Source: a virus. Taken from it: 64,000 nucleotides of DNA. The stretch is from positions 64,001-128,000 of the IMG/VR virus record IMGVR_UViG_3300030098_006179; one strand, 5' to 3'. Positions 10,976-21,186 of the stretch are shown in pieces. How positions within the stretch are numbered: position 1 is the first letter of the stretch; every line of letters begins with the position of its first letter. The position numbers and the translations under genes are program-made. The notes beneath the pieces are model-generated. The model made no database searches. It worked only from the letters and a program-made list of their open reading frames with translations, and was not told where the DNA came from.

Positions 10976-13419
10976 ACAGAGAATTTGTAAATACTTATAT
11001 GCAAGAAAAAAATATCCCATCGGGGTATTTAAAGGCTTGGTATAATTTTGAAAGTGGTATAGCCACAGGCTCTGCGGGTTTGATTTACAATCAGGTATAT
11101 ACTACGGGTAATCACTTTTTTGATCCGGCAAATTATGATGGAAATTTAAAATCTGGAGTAATGGCAGGAATTTCTATAGGTAATGACACCGAACTGACTT
11201 CTACCACAGCATACGCTTCAGATTTTAGCTCTGGAAGAGATAGTTGGGGTAGTGGAGTAAGTGTTACTGATCCGGTCACTGGATCAGGCCAAGTTTTAAA
11301 AAAGGGGTGTGTGGGATCGGGGTATCACTTTACAAGAAGATATAGTTTGGGCATGACTATTGGCAAAAAATACAATATCACAGGGAAGGTTTTCATAGAC
11401 CCACTAGCTTCTAACATACAAAAAGTTTTAATATATCACATGGACGGTTGGTATGGTCTTTTTGTAGATAAACCAAGTACAGCACAATGGGTGGAATTTT
11501 CTTTAGATTTTGAAGCAAAGGGAGATTATATGACCCTTTACGCTCATAATGGTTCTGGTATTAGTTTTACAGCAGGATCAAATGATGATTTTTACATAAA
11601 AGATTTTGTAATCAAAGAAACAACTTCTCCTTTTTCTGGAAATTTTGATCACAATGAAATGGTTCAAATTTCAGACGATGTAAATTATAATAATTGGACT
11701 GTTTTTTTAGACGTAAATATTACAAACCAACAAAATTTAACTGGACAAAGTAAAATTCTTTTATCTTCTATGAAAAATTCAGGTGATACATCTGGATTTT
11801 ATGTAGGATTAAATGGGTACAATAAACCTTTTGTAAGGTATTGTTCAACGGATGGAGAACAGTATATTCACACGTTATCCAAAGAAGCCTCTAATAGAGA
11901 TTTAATAAGCGTATCTTTTCATAGCGAAGGCAAAAATCTAACAATAAATAAACATTCCCCAAAAGAAGATTATTATGAATCTTTCGTTACTAAAGAACTA
12001 ACACCTTCTTTAACTTGGACTTTGGGAGGATTCAAAGAATATCTTAATGATAGCGCGCCGGGAAATCATATTAGACAATTTGATGGAACAATGAATCACT
12101 TTATGTTATTTAGTCCGTCGTTGAAAGGAAGAAAAGAGCAAGAGTTCGCAGACTTTTTATTCATAAGCGATTACGAAAAATCACAAGTAAAACAAAGACA
12201 AATATCTTCAACCGTTAATTCTACTGGGGCTTCCATAACTCAAGGAGTAGTAGGTCAGGGAGTTGTTGGTTATGAAAAAACATTGAGTCATACAATTGAT
12301 GGAGTCGAAGTTTATAAAAATGCAGAAGTAATAGGAGACATTTATGGAGACGTAATAACATATACCACTACTCCAGAAACTATTTATTCTTATGAAAGCT
12401 ATGTTAGTAATGAGATAAAAACTTTTGACAATACAATATCTCAAAACTTTTTTAATAAAAAAATACAATTTATAAAAAATAAAGATAATTTTACTTTACC
12501 AGCGAGTGGGTCTTTATATGTTGATTCAACAAGACACTTAATTTCAAAAACAAGTTCAAGCAAATATGAAGTTAGAGCTTCGGTAGATGCTAATAAAAAT
12601 TTAAACAAAATTGCAAATTGGAATGGTTTATCTGGATCATTTGTATTAAAGTCTGGAATCTCTGGAAAATATCTTAATCTCTACAGAAATGGTTTATTAC
12701 AAAGGTCTGGAACTTTGGAAGAAGTTAATTCTACAAATACAGAAGGCACAGGATTTGCGGATTATACATTGCTTGATTTTAAGTATATTTATTCAAACGA
12801 TAGATATGATAAAAGCGACTTTTTAACTTATGAAGAATGCACGTTACCTAATATAGTTGGCGGATATGAAGATGGAGAAGATGCATTTTATATGCATAAT
12901 GGAAATCAAGGAAGTTCTTTTTTAATAAACGCGGCAACGTATCTTGACGGAAGGGATATGTTTATAGGCGGAACAAAGTTAATTTATGGAATAGACTATG
13001 TATACTTTAGTAGTACTATAGCTGCGGTATACACGGCTGGATTAAATAAGGGGGTATTGTCGTGGGTTCAATCTTTTGATACAAACTCAAACTATAACTC
13101 TGTCGGAAATTCAGAAAATGGAGATTTTAAATATCACATAACAACTGATAAAAATTTAATGGATGAAATAGTTTGGGTAAGTGGAGTAAGACAACAGAGA
13201 GATGTAGATTATATAAAAACTGCAAACTTTAGCGTTCTAAATAATGCTAGAATAAATAAATACGGAGAAGGCGGAGAAAATTACCAAGGAACATGGGGTG
13301 GCAGTCTTGCTGGTAGCGTACCAAATGGAATTAGTGACACAACTTACAATCCTTTTGATAAATATCAAGAAAATGACAGTATAATATATAATGGAAAAAC
13401 AGGATTTTTTAATTCATGA
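10972..13419 (+). CDS. LamG/concanavalin-A-like domain virion protein with CBM-like insert
   Basis: LamG-like elements LKAWYNFE, WTVFLDVN, GFYVGLNG, WTLGG, FDGTMNHFMLF. Repeated phage structural motifs LYRNGLLQ / FIGGTKLIYGIDY / WVSGVRQQRDVDY. Confidence 0.6.
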   Translation: MNREFVNTYMQEKNIPSGYLKAWYNFESGIATGSAGLIYNQVYTTGNHFFDPANYDGNLKSGVMAGISIGNDTELTSTTAYASDFSSGRDSWGSGVSVTDPVTGSGQVLKKGCVGSGYHFTRRYSLGMTIGKKYNITGKVFIDPLASNIQKVLIYHMDGWYGLFVDKPSTAQWVEFSLDFEAKGDYMTLYAHNGSGISFTAGSNDDFYIKDFVIKETTSPFSGNFDHNEMVQISDDVNYNNWTVFLDVNITNQQNLTGQSKILLSSMKNSGDTSGFYVGLNGYNKPFVRYCSTDGEQYIHTLSKEASNRDLISVSFHSEGKNLTINKHSPKEDYYESFVTKELTPSLTWTLGGFKEYLNDSAPGNHIRQFDGTMNHFMLFSPSLKGRKEQEFADFLFISDYEKSQVKQRQISSTVNSTGASITQGVVGQGVVGYEKTLSHTIDGVEVYKNAEVIGDIYGDVITYTTTPETIYSYESYVSNEIKTFDNTISQNFFNKKIQFIKNKDNFTLPASGSLYVDSTRHLISKTSSSKYEVRASVDANKNLNKIANWNGLSGSFVLKSGISGKYLNLYRNGLLQRSGTLEEVNSTNTEGTGFADYTLLDFKYIYSNDRYDKSDFLTYEECTLPNIVGGYEDGEDAFYMHNGNQGSSFLINAATYLDGRDMFIGGTKLIYGIDYVYFSSTIAAVYTAGLNKGVLSWVQSFDTNSNYNSVGNSENGDFKYHITTDKNLMDEIVWVSGVRQQRDVDYIKTANFSVLNNARINKYGEGGENYQGTWGGSLAGSVPNGISDTTYNPFDKYQENDSIIYNGKTGFFNS

Positions 13420-15872
13420 GCCATAAATTTAACAATATAGAAAAAGTATATTTTGACGACGGAGAAGCCGGAAAAATAGGCGATGCTTTTATATTTAATA
13501 TGAGCTTTAGTCAATCATATAGCTCTGGACCTTCATCGCTGTCTATACAAGCCATATCTGAAGACGGTAATTATGCGTCTGTTCCTGCTCCTAATTTTGA
13601 TAATGTTTATGTTGTAAAAATTGGAAATAAAATAGTATTTAGAGGATACATTCTTTCAAAAGAGATATCAACGAGCGTTCAAGATAAAAGTTTATCCATT
13701 ACAATGGTTGACAAGTCTTTAATTTTAGATCAATATGGAATAGGGTTGGTTAACAGGCATGGTAATGTAGCAACTCAAAAAACAAGTATTTCAAATATAA
13801 AAGTTCGTAGACAAGACCCTCTTTCTGATGGACAATCAACAGAAACGACGGTGTCTGTTGAAAGAGATATCGCCAATACTGAAGTAACGGGAGTTAAATT
13901 AATTAATAATGTTTTTATAATAGGAAGAGAAAAATATACTTCTAATAAGTGCGAAATACCAGATGTTGAATATTTTGGTTCTCATTTTTCCGCAGCGATA
14001 AATGCTTTTTCTTCAATAAGTGGTATATCTTTTTCGAGCCTTCCACCGATTTTATCTGGAAGAAATTATACTGGAACAATTAGAGAGGTATTAAATTCTT
14101 TATGTTCAGACGCGGGAATGTCTTTTTATTATGATTCATCAAATGATAAAATAGAAATATTTTCTCTCAACTCTAAGAGTATTGATGATTCTATAATAGA
14201 AGAATTAAAAAATGACGAAAATATCACAATAAATAGTTTTAATGAATCTGAATCTTTGGAAGGAACTTTCGCAAACTTTTTTTCAGTAAGAGAAATGAGA
14301 CCCGGAAGAGGAGGAGTTTCAGAACAAAATTTAGAATGTGCTACATCATTTATTAATTCTCCAGCCTTTAGGGGGCCATCTGGATTACCAAATATTTTTT
14401 ATATAGATAGGGCAGCAATACTTGGAAAAGTTTCTCCATCCTTAAGAAGTCGTTATTGTTATGAAGCAGCACAATATGAAAGAATTGGTTGGACAAATGT
14501 ATCTCATCTATGGGATCAAAGCTCTACAATAGACCCCGATTTAATCAGCAACACCCCCGGAGGAACAAGTGTAGATAGATTTTCTAATTTTATTGGTTTA
14601 GCACAAGAAGAAGTAAGACAATTTATTAGAAATAATCCACAATTACAAAATGGATTTAACCTTTATGCAGTAAATTTAAATGACAGATTAAAAGAAGATT
14701 ACGAAGTTCAAGAATTATCAAGTTTAGGGGCGTGGGGTCCATATTATGAAGCCATATTTGACCCAATGTCAGTCATGATAAACACTCCAGAAGCTACTTC
14801 TTGTAATGTAAAAAACATAACTCAAGAACCTCAACCTCAATGGTACGAAGTGGAGGGATATGGTTTTTGGGGATTTAAAGGAGAAGAATCTTGGGAATTT
14901 AATAACTTAGATATGGATAAGTTTTCGGCTGATACTAGTATAGCGCTAATGGATATAACGGCTCCAGTGCAGGAAGCAGTCAACGGAGGTTTCTATGGTA
15001 ACCAGATTAGTTCACAAACGGTTTTAGCTTTTGTTCCAAGAGGTAATTACGTTGGCTCAATCTCAAATGAAGAGTGGAAACCCTCTAAGTGGTCGCAAGA
15101 TTTTTTGGGCGATTATTTTAATTCTGGATACGACGACGAAAACTGTGTTCCGTATATGACAGTAAGAATAGCAGGAAAAACAAAAACGAGCCCGTGTGGA
15201 GCAACACCTTGCACCGACGCCACAATTGAGCGCGCGTTTGACGGTATTACAACATCCCAATGTTCAACTGAACGATTACCAACTGGAGAAGTTTGCCAAA
15301 GAAAAAGATATGGAATTTCAGTTAACTTGCAAGGAATAGGAACTTTAATAGTCGGAGGGCCTTGGATATCTAATACTGGATATAGAAGCAATATAATTAC
15401 GCAATATGTAAGAAATAAATCAACAGAGATTTCTCGATCAATAAACATTATTAATGGAGCACATGGATTGCACACTAATAATTTTGCAAAATTAAATATA
15501 AATGACATTGACGCTACTGCGGAAATTTTCGACCCCAAATCAAGTAACTCAAATTACATTACCCCCCAAACAATTAACACAACTTTGGGAAGTACTTTTG
15601 ATAGTGCTTCGGCAATATTTAGTTCATTTACCGAGGGTTCTTCTGTAAATGGTTTGCCAAGATCTATTAGCTTGCAAATAGACGGAATACCATCAAATTT
15701 AGATAAATCCTTAAATTCTAAAGATATAAAAGATTGGAATATTAATTTTGGACCAGAAGGTATATCTATGAATTTAAATTATGCAGATGCACCATCTACA
15801 CCTCCATCTATGGACTATTTACAATCAAGATTACATAATCAATTTCACTATACAACAATACTTGGACAATGA
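13416..15872 (+). CDS. Putative baseplate hub / tail-tip protein
   Basis: N-terminal pattern typical of hub proteins (VFRGYILSKEI..., YTGTIREVLNSLCSDAGMSFYYD). Cys-rich C-terminal half. Confidence 0.45.
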   Translation: MSHKFNNIEKVYFDDGEAGKIGDAFIFNMSFSQSYSSGPSSLSIQAISEDGNYASVPAPNFDNVYVVKIGNKIVFRGYILSKEISTSVQDKSLSITMVDKSLILDQYGIGLVNRHGNVATQKTSISNIKVRRQDPLSDGQSTETTVSVERDIANTEVTGVKLINNVFIIGREKYTSNKCEIPDVEYFGSHFSAAINAFSSISGISFSSLPPILSGRNYTGTIREVLNSLCSDAGMSFYYDSSNDKIEIFSLNSKSIDDSIIEELKNDENITINSFNESESLEGTFANFFSVREMRPGRGGVSEQNLECATSFINSPAFRGPSGLPNIFYIDRAAILGKVSPSLRSRYCYEAAQYERIGWTNVSHLWDQSSTIDPDLISNTPGGTSVDRFSNFIGLAQEEVRQFIRNNPQLQNGFNLYAVNLNDRLKEDYEVQELSSLGAWGPYYEAIFDPMSVMINTPEATSCNVKNITQEPQPQWYEVEGYGFWGFKGEESWEFNNLDMDKFSADTSIALMDITAPVQEAVNGGFYGNQISSQTVLAFVPRGNYVGSISNEEWKPSKWSQDFLGDYFNSGYDDENCVPYMTVRIAGKTKTSPCGATPCTDATIERAFDGITTSQCSTERLPTGEVCQRKRYGISVNLQGIGTLIVGGPWISNTGYRSNIITQYVRNKSTEISRSINIINGAHGLHTNNFAKLNINDIDATAEIFDPKSSNSNYITPQTINTTLGSTFDSASAIFSSFTEGSSVNGLPRSISLQIDGIPSNLDKSLNSKDIKDWNINFGPEGISMNLNYADAPSTPPSMDYLQSRLHNQFHYTTILGQ

Positions 15873-17302
15873 TATTTTCTGGACACAATTTTATTTCTTT
15901 GCCTGAAGTTGATACTTTAAGTTTTAACGTTCCAATATCCTTAAACTCTATTTATGGCTCAGGCTCTTTTGGATTTTCTGGCTCTGGATCAAATGGAGAA
16001 GGCCAAATAATCAAATTTGAATTTATCTCAGGAGAAGTAAGAGATTTTAATGGTAATTATGTATACTCTTATTTTCCCAACAGAGAGGTTGTTGTTTCTG
16101 GAGATATATTTTCTAGGGGCCATCACTATTACATAAACCAAGATCCTGTTTCTTTATCTGGAACTCAAGAATATTTTAGATTTAAAAGATTTTTTTATGA
16201 AACTTCTAGTGAAGTAAGTATAGAATCTGAAGCGTCAATTTCTATTAAGAAGCCATCTATAACATTTTCTTCACCGATGTATATTGATATATCCGGAACA
16301 TATACGGGATCTTTTGAAAAAAGCGTAGAACATAAAGTTTATTCTTTAGAATTAGATGGTTTAAATCATCAAATGTTTGATATTAGTTCTACAGATTTGA
16401 ATCCCGGAAATAAAACGGGTTCTTACATTTTTGAACCAAGCGCAAACACTACTTTATATGCAACCAAAAATTACGAATTAACTTTATTGTTAGAAACAGA
16501 TTTTGGAGAAGTAGATGAACAGATCAAATTTACTGGATATAATCCTTCTGATGGACAAGTTGTTACAAAAAATTTAACAACTATTGCAAATCCAATAAAC
16601 ACATATAGATCTTATCCAAAAACTAAAAGGTCAAATACTTATAGTTTATTATACAGTGTGATGGAAAGCGGTTTAGAACAAGATAAGCCAATTGGAGTAG
16701 AGTTAAGTTATTACGATGGAGGAACAGGGCACAGAAGTGGATATAAAGGTGATATAAATATTATTGATAGCGGTAGTGGGTTTTTTACTGGAGATGCTTG
16801 GTTGTACGTTACAGGAGCAGGAGGGTCTGGATTTATTGGAAATATTTTATCCGAATGGACTTATCCATCTCCGGGGCCAGAAAGGGGAACTGGCAATATA
16901 AATGGAATTGAAGTTTCAATGTTTGGCCAAGATTATAAGGGTCCGGAAGAAATGTTGGCATTTATTTCAGGCAATCAAGGTTCTGGAAACGCTCAAATAA
17001 AACCTATTCCTTATGAGTACAATAAGCCATTTTTTGAAACTTGGGATTTGAGTACTGGCATTACTCAAAGTGATATATATTCATTTAGTGGAAATTCATT
17101 GTCTGGTGCACCATTAACAGATACTTCTGTTTATTCTGATTCTAACTTTAGTGGAGGACATGAGTTATTACCCTCAACAACTACGAGTTTATATATACAA
17201 GTAGATTTTGAACCTCTTTATGATTCAGATCCAGTAATTGCAAAATTAGAAGTAACGGGGCAAGGATTTTCTTTAGTAGAATATATAACAGGAATAAAAT
17301 AA
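15869..17302 (+). CDS. Structural protein strongly enriched in Ser-Gly/Thr-Gly
   Basis: 477 aa in the structural operon, with about 28 SG/TG dipeptides counted by eye. Confidence 0.5.
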   Translation: MIFSGHNFISLPEVDTLSFNVPISLNSIYGSGSFGFSGSGSNGEGQIIKFEFISGEVRDFNGNYVYSYFPNREVVVSGDIFSRGHHYYINQDPVSLSGTQEYFRFKRFFYETSSEVSIESEASISIKKPSITFSSPMYIDISGTYTGSFEKSVEHKVYSLELDGLNHQMFDISSTDLNPGNKTGSYIFEPSANTTLYATKNYELTLLLETDFGEVDEQIKFTGYNPSDGQVVTKNLTTIANPINTYRSYPKTKRSNTYSLLYSVMESGLEQDKPIGVELSYYDGGTGHRSGYKGDINIIDSGSGFFTGDAWLYVTGAGGSGFIGNILSEWTYPSPGPERGTGNINGIEVSMFGQDYKGPEEMLAFISGNQGSGNAQIKPIPYEYNKPFFETWDLSTGITQSDIYSFSGNSLSGAPLTDTSVYSDSNFSGGHELLPSTTTSLYIQVDFEPLYDSDPVIAKLEVTGQGFSLVEYITGIK

Positions 17303-17303
17303 T

Positions 17304-18053
17304 ATGGCTTATACAGTAACAGGTTTACCACGTTTTCAATTAACGTTAATTGGAAATACTTTTTTTGAAGGTTTTCCAGTAAATGCCGGACAAAGAATTG
17401 GATCATCAGTTAGAATAAATCTTCCTAGCAATTTACAAATTACAAACAGTGACACTCAAGAATGGTGTCCATCCACGTTTTCAATTGGCGATTTTGTTTC
17501 AGCAATAGGTCCAGATATGAATGGAGAGTATGTTTTAATAGATGGAGCCAAAACTGTAGAGTTAAAAACTTTAAGTTGTCAAAAATACAAAACAGAAACA
17601 CAAAGTAGCACTGGTCCTGCTGGAGAAAAAGGAGAAAAAGGCAATAGCGGAACAGGTTCCGCTGGAGAAAAAGGAGACGTAGGAGAAAAAGGAGACGTAG
17701 GAGAAAAAGGGGCGGTTGGTTCCCAAGGAAGCAAAGGTCAACCCGGAGAAAAAGGAGAAGGGGGAGATGAAGGTCCAAAAGGCGGAGTCGGATCAACTGG
17801 CGGCACTGGACCAAAAGGAGAAATCGGAAGTGATGGATCTCAAGGAGATCAGGGCGATACAGGAGCTACCGGAAACACCGGCAGTAAAGGAGAACCCGGA
17901 GAAAAAGGATCAAAAGGTGAGGGTCTTGACTGGAACGACACACAGCAAAGTATATTGATTGGCGGAACAAAATTTGGACCAAGATTAATTGGAGTTTGTC
18001 AAAACGGAACTTATAAATATGTTTATGTTTTTGCCTCAGATCCAACATCATAA
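17304..18053 (+). CDS. Collagen-like (Gly-X-Y) fibre protein
   Basis: GEKGEKG/GPKGE repeats at ~17613-17924. Confidence 0.85.
   Translation: MAYTVTGLPRFQLTLIGNTFFEGFPVNAGQRIGSSVRINLPSNLQITNSDTQEWCPSTFSIGDFVSAIGPDMNGEYVLIDGAKTVELKTLSCQKYKTETQSSTGPAGEKGEKGNSGTGSAGEKGDVGEKGDVGEKGAVGSQGSKGQPGEKGEGGDEGPKGGVGSTGGTGPKGEIGSDGSQGDQGDTGATGNTGSKGEPGEKGSKGEGLDWNDTQQSILIGGTKFGPRLIGVCQNGTYKYVYVFASDPTS
17613..17924 (+). repeat. Collagen Gly-X-Y repeat region
   Basis: GPAGEKGEKG...GEKGSKGEG. Includes the DNA repeat GGAGAAAAAGGAGACGTA x2. Confidence 0.9.
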
Positions 18054-18055
18054 AC

Positions 18056-20314
18056 ATGGCTCACACACTTTCAAATAATAGAATTTACAGAATGAGGATC
18101 GAGGAACATTACGATCCTCAAAGGCCAAGTTGGGCAGAAACTTCAACTGTATTTTTTTGGGATCATCCACAAACCAAGGCTGGATATTTAACAAGACACT
18201 TTTTTTCAAAAAAAATTAATGTTAATGAAACCATTCCAGCTTGGACATACGACACTATACAAAGTTATGGATATGATTCTTCAGCTTGGTCCATGTCTAA
18301 TCCTCCACCAATAACCGGACCCGTTCCAAACACTCAAGGAGTTTATTTTGGACAAAGAAATTTATTTGGTAAGGGTCTTATTGAAGGTTATAACATCGCA
18401 GATATTGATGTATTAAGATTTTGGCCTGTCGGAAGACCCGGTGCGCAAGGAGGTTTAGAAGCTTTTGCGATAGGGGGCGATGGTGATGATGATACTATTT
18501 TTGCAGATGCTGGATCAATAATTACAAACGGACCTTTGTATACAGACTCTTCTAGTTGGACTCTTATATACAAAGAGGCTTGGTTATATAGCAGAAAAAA
18601 TAGAGCAAAAACACTTCCCTCTTATACTGATTATTACGATTCAAAAAATTACATTTATCCGCCATTACCAGAAATAGGATACTGGAATCAACCCAGAGAT
18701 ATTGGTATCACATCTTGGACTTGGACTACTTATAGCGCATCTAACATGTATGTAGAATTTACTGATAGTTGGTATCAAAATAGATCAAGTTCAAATGCGC
18801 CCGGTACATTTACAAATCCACTTATATATACAAACACACACACATCTGCACCATACGCTGATGATTGTTCGTACACTCACGAAATTACTTCAAGACAAAA
18901 AGGAAATTCAGAATTAACCTCTGCTCCAGCTACAAATTCAACAGGAATTAATTTAACTAGCGAAACTGGAATAGTTTGGGATCCATTATTTAATGTTGAA
19001 GGAGTAGAAACTTCTATTTATATAAATTATTGCGATGATGGAACCGATTTAGACAATGATCAAAAAATGCTTTTAGCAGATCAAATTTGGGGAGGGAATT
19101 ATTACGAAGGAGGATTTTATATTGAAAACAGAGGATTGGCATATCATTTAGCAAACGCTGTAAAATGGAACGAGTTATCTTCCATGACTCAGCCCTTTAT
19201 AGGAAACTTAACAGATCCAACCCTTTATGGTTCTTATGGAAGAGATGAGGATGGAAATTATGGCCCTATACCTCCATTAATGAATTTTAATGGAGGAGGA
19301 GAACAAACTTGGCAAAGTGATCCGAGTTGGAAAGATACCGAACCGTATGCTTCGTATCTCGATTGGGATACAGAATATAACAATTTAGAACAATATTATT
19401 CAAACACTTCAGAATATATAGTGTGTTCTTTTGTGGATTATCCAAATAATAGCTGGGTTAAAGTTTATAAACCAGCAGAGTTATTGGTTGATAATGCGCA
19501 AAATGAAAGAATTTGCCCTGAATATAATAAGGGAGATATTATCTTAGCCACGCAAAAAGAAAGCCCAGATATCTGGGAGTTTATAGATTTAAATTCAGAA
19601 GGAAGACAGAAAATAAATTATAGTACACGAGGGACGCTAATACCATATCATGATTATTTTCCAAATCCTTATATACCTTTTGAAACTAGCTTTTTAATTC
19701 CTTCTGGACAACAAATTCCACCTTATAGTTTTAATTGTTCTAAATATACATATAGTAATGAAATACATAGAGACAGTGAGGGAACACAAGGAGCAAAAGG
19801 AGATCAGGGTGATAGCGCTGCAGGTTTCGAAGGTTCTAAAGGAGAGAAAGGTAGTTCTGGAGAAAAAGGGGGCGAGGGCGAACCTTTAAATGGAGACCCC
19901 GGAGACCAAGGAGAGAAAGGAGAGAAAGGTGGAGAAGGGCCAGCGGGAGAAACGGGATTAACTGGAGGTACAGGCCCGAAGGGAGAAGTCGGAAACAAGG
20001 GTCAACAAGGCTTTGATGGAGCTAAAGGAGAAAAAGGAGGTGTTGGTTCTAAAGGCGAACCTACGCCGGGAGACGCTGGCGAATCAATAATAACCGGAAG
20101 TAGTTGGGGAACTGTAAATGGAGACCCATCTAATTATACAACCAGCACCAATGGAACTATGGAAATTCAGCTTGGAGACGCGGCACACACGGCAGGAAAC
20201 GAAAGTACAACAATTCAATTTTCAAGAAAACATTTTGGAGTTTGTGTTGAAAATACTAGCGATCAACCCACATACAAGGGAATTTATATTTACGCTTCGG
20301 ATTTTATAGATTAA
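18056..20314 (+). CDS. Collagen-like fibre protein with large aromatic-rich N-terminal domain
   Basis: Gly-X-Y region at ~19781-20086. C-terminal third is paralogous to the preceding ORF. Confidence 0.8.
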   Translation: MAHTLSNNRIYRMRIEEHYDPQRPSWAETSTVFFWDHPQTKAGYLTRHFFSKKINVNETIPAWTYDTIQSYGYDSSAWSMSNPPPITGPVPNTQGVYFGQRNLFGKGLIEGYNIADIDVLRFWPVGRPGAQGGLEAFAIGGDGDDDTIFADAGSIITNGPLYTDSSSWTLIYKEAWLYSRKNRAKTLPSYTDYYDSKNYIYPPLPEIGYWNQPRDIGITSWTWTTYSASNMYVEFTDSWYQNRSSSNAPGTFTNPLIYTNTHTSAPYADDCSYTHEITSRQKGNSELTSAPATNSTGINLTSETGIVWDPLFNVEGVETSIYINYCDDGTDLDNDQKMLLADQIWGGNYYEGGFYIENRGLAYHLANAVKWNELSSMTQPFIGNLTDPTLYGSYGRDEDGNYGPIPPLMNFNGGGEQTWQSDPSWKDTEPYASYLDWDTEYNNLEQYYSNTSEYIVCSFVDYPNNSWVKVYKPAELLVDNAQNERICPEYNKGDIILATQKESPDIWEFIDLNSEGRQKINYSTRGTLIPYHDYFPNPYIPFETSFLIPSGQQIPPYSFNCSKYTYSNEIHRDSEGTQGAKGDQGDSAAGFEGSKGEKGSSGEKGGEGEPLNGDPGDQGEKGEKGGEGPAGETGLTGGTGPKGEVGNKGQQGFDGAKGEKGGVGSKGEPTPGDAGESIITGSSWGTVNGDPSNYTTSTNGTMEIQLGDAAHTAGNESTTIQFSRKHFGVCVENTSDQPTYKGIYIYASDFID
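19781..20086 (+). repeat. Collagen Gly-X-Y repeat region with short interruptions
   Basis: GTQGAKGDQG...GEPTPGDAGES. Confidence 0.9.
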
Positions 20315-20322
20315 TATATATT

Positions 20323-21186
20323 ATGGCCCAACATTCATACATAATATCTGACCCAAGCGAAGGAGGCACTTACGACGCTCTTTTAACGAGTTGTACTACA
20401 TGCATGGCCAATGACACTTGTCCAGATTGTTCGTTGGACGCAACAATAACAATAGATGGCGTAGATCCAGATAGCGCTCCAACACCGGGATGGGCCTCTC
20501 AAGACATAACACAGGCAGCAACAAGAACTGCTAAAACTGATAGGTGGCCATATCAAATAATAACAAAAACACAATCTATAAGCTGCAATTCGAATTGTGT
20601 ATATTTAATAAGAATACAATACGCATTACAAACTTCTAGCGCAAGAAGGTCATTTTTTCAATGCGGACTTTCTGACATATGGCTAGTAGAAAGATGGAAT
20701 AATGCAGGAGTAATTCAGGAATTATTTAATCCAGCCTCATCTTTAGTTTTTGATTATGATAACTCTCAATTAGCTGACGATTATTCTGATATTAATTCAA
20801 AGAAAGCTGCTGGTTTCGGTGGATCTGCGTCAACTTATTTTAATCCTTATGGATTAAGAGAGGCTTATGATGATAATTTAAATGACTTTGAAAGACACTG
20901 TGGAACACTTATGTTTTTTGCTAGGGGCAACGATACAATTAAATTTAGATTAGCTCAACATACAAATATCAATAGTAATATAGATATAAATCCAGATTCA
21001 TTTAATGATTTCGGTGGAGTCACAGAAGCTCCCACTTCAGACTATTCTGACTCTCATGGAAATTATACTGCTCAAGGAGTTTTTAAAGTAAAGGCTTATA
21101 TAAGGCCAATCCCCGGAGATTTAAAATTGTCTAAAAAAACTTCAAACAATTTACAAACAGTAAAATACCACCCTAAGCTTTATTAA
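20323..21186 (+). CDS. Hypothetical virion-associated protein, Cys-rich N-terminus
   Basis: Last gene of the + operon. Contains CTTC-x5-CPDC. Confidence 0.5.
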   Translation: MAQHSYIISDPSEGGTYDALLTSCTTCMANDTCPDCSLDATITIDGVDPDSAPTPGWASQDITQAATRTAKTDRWPYQIITKTQSISCNSNCVYLIRIQYALQTSSARRSFFQCGLSDIWLVERWNNAGVIQELFNPASSLVFDYDNSQLADDYSDINSKKAAGFGGSASTYFNPYGLREAYDDNLNDFERHCGTLMFFARGNDTIKFRLAQHTNINSNIDINPDSFNDFGGVTEAPTSDYSDSHGNYTAQGVFKVKAYIRPIPGDLKLSKKTSNNLQTVKYHPKLY

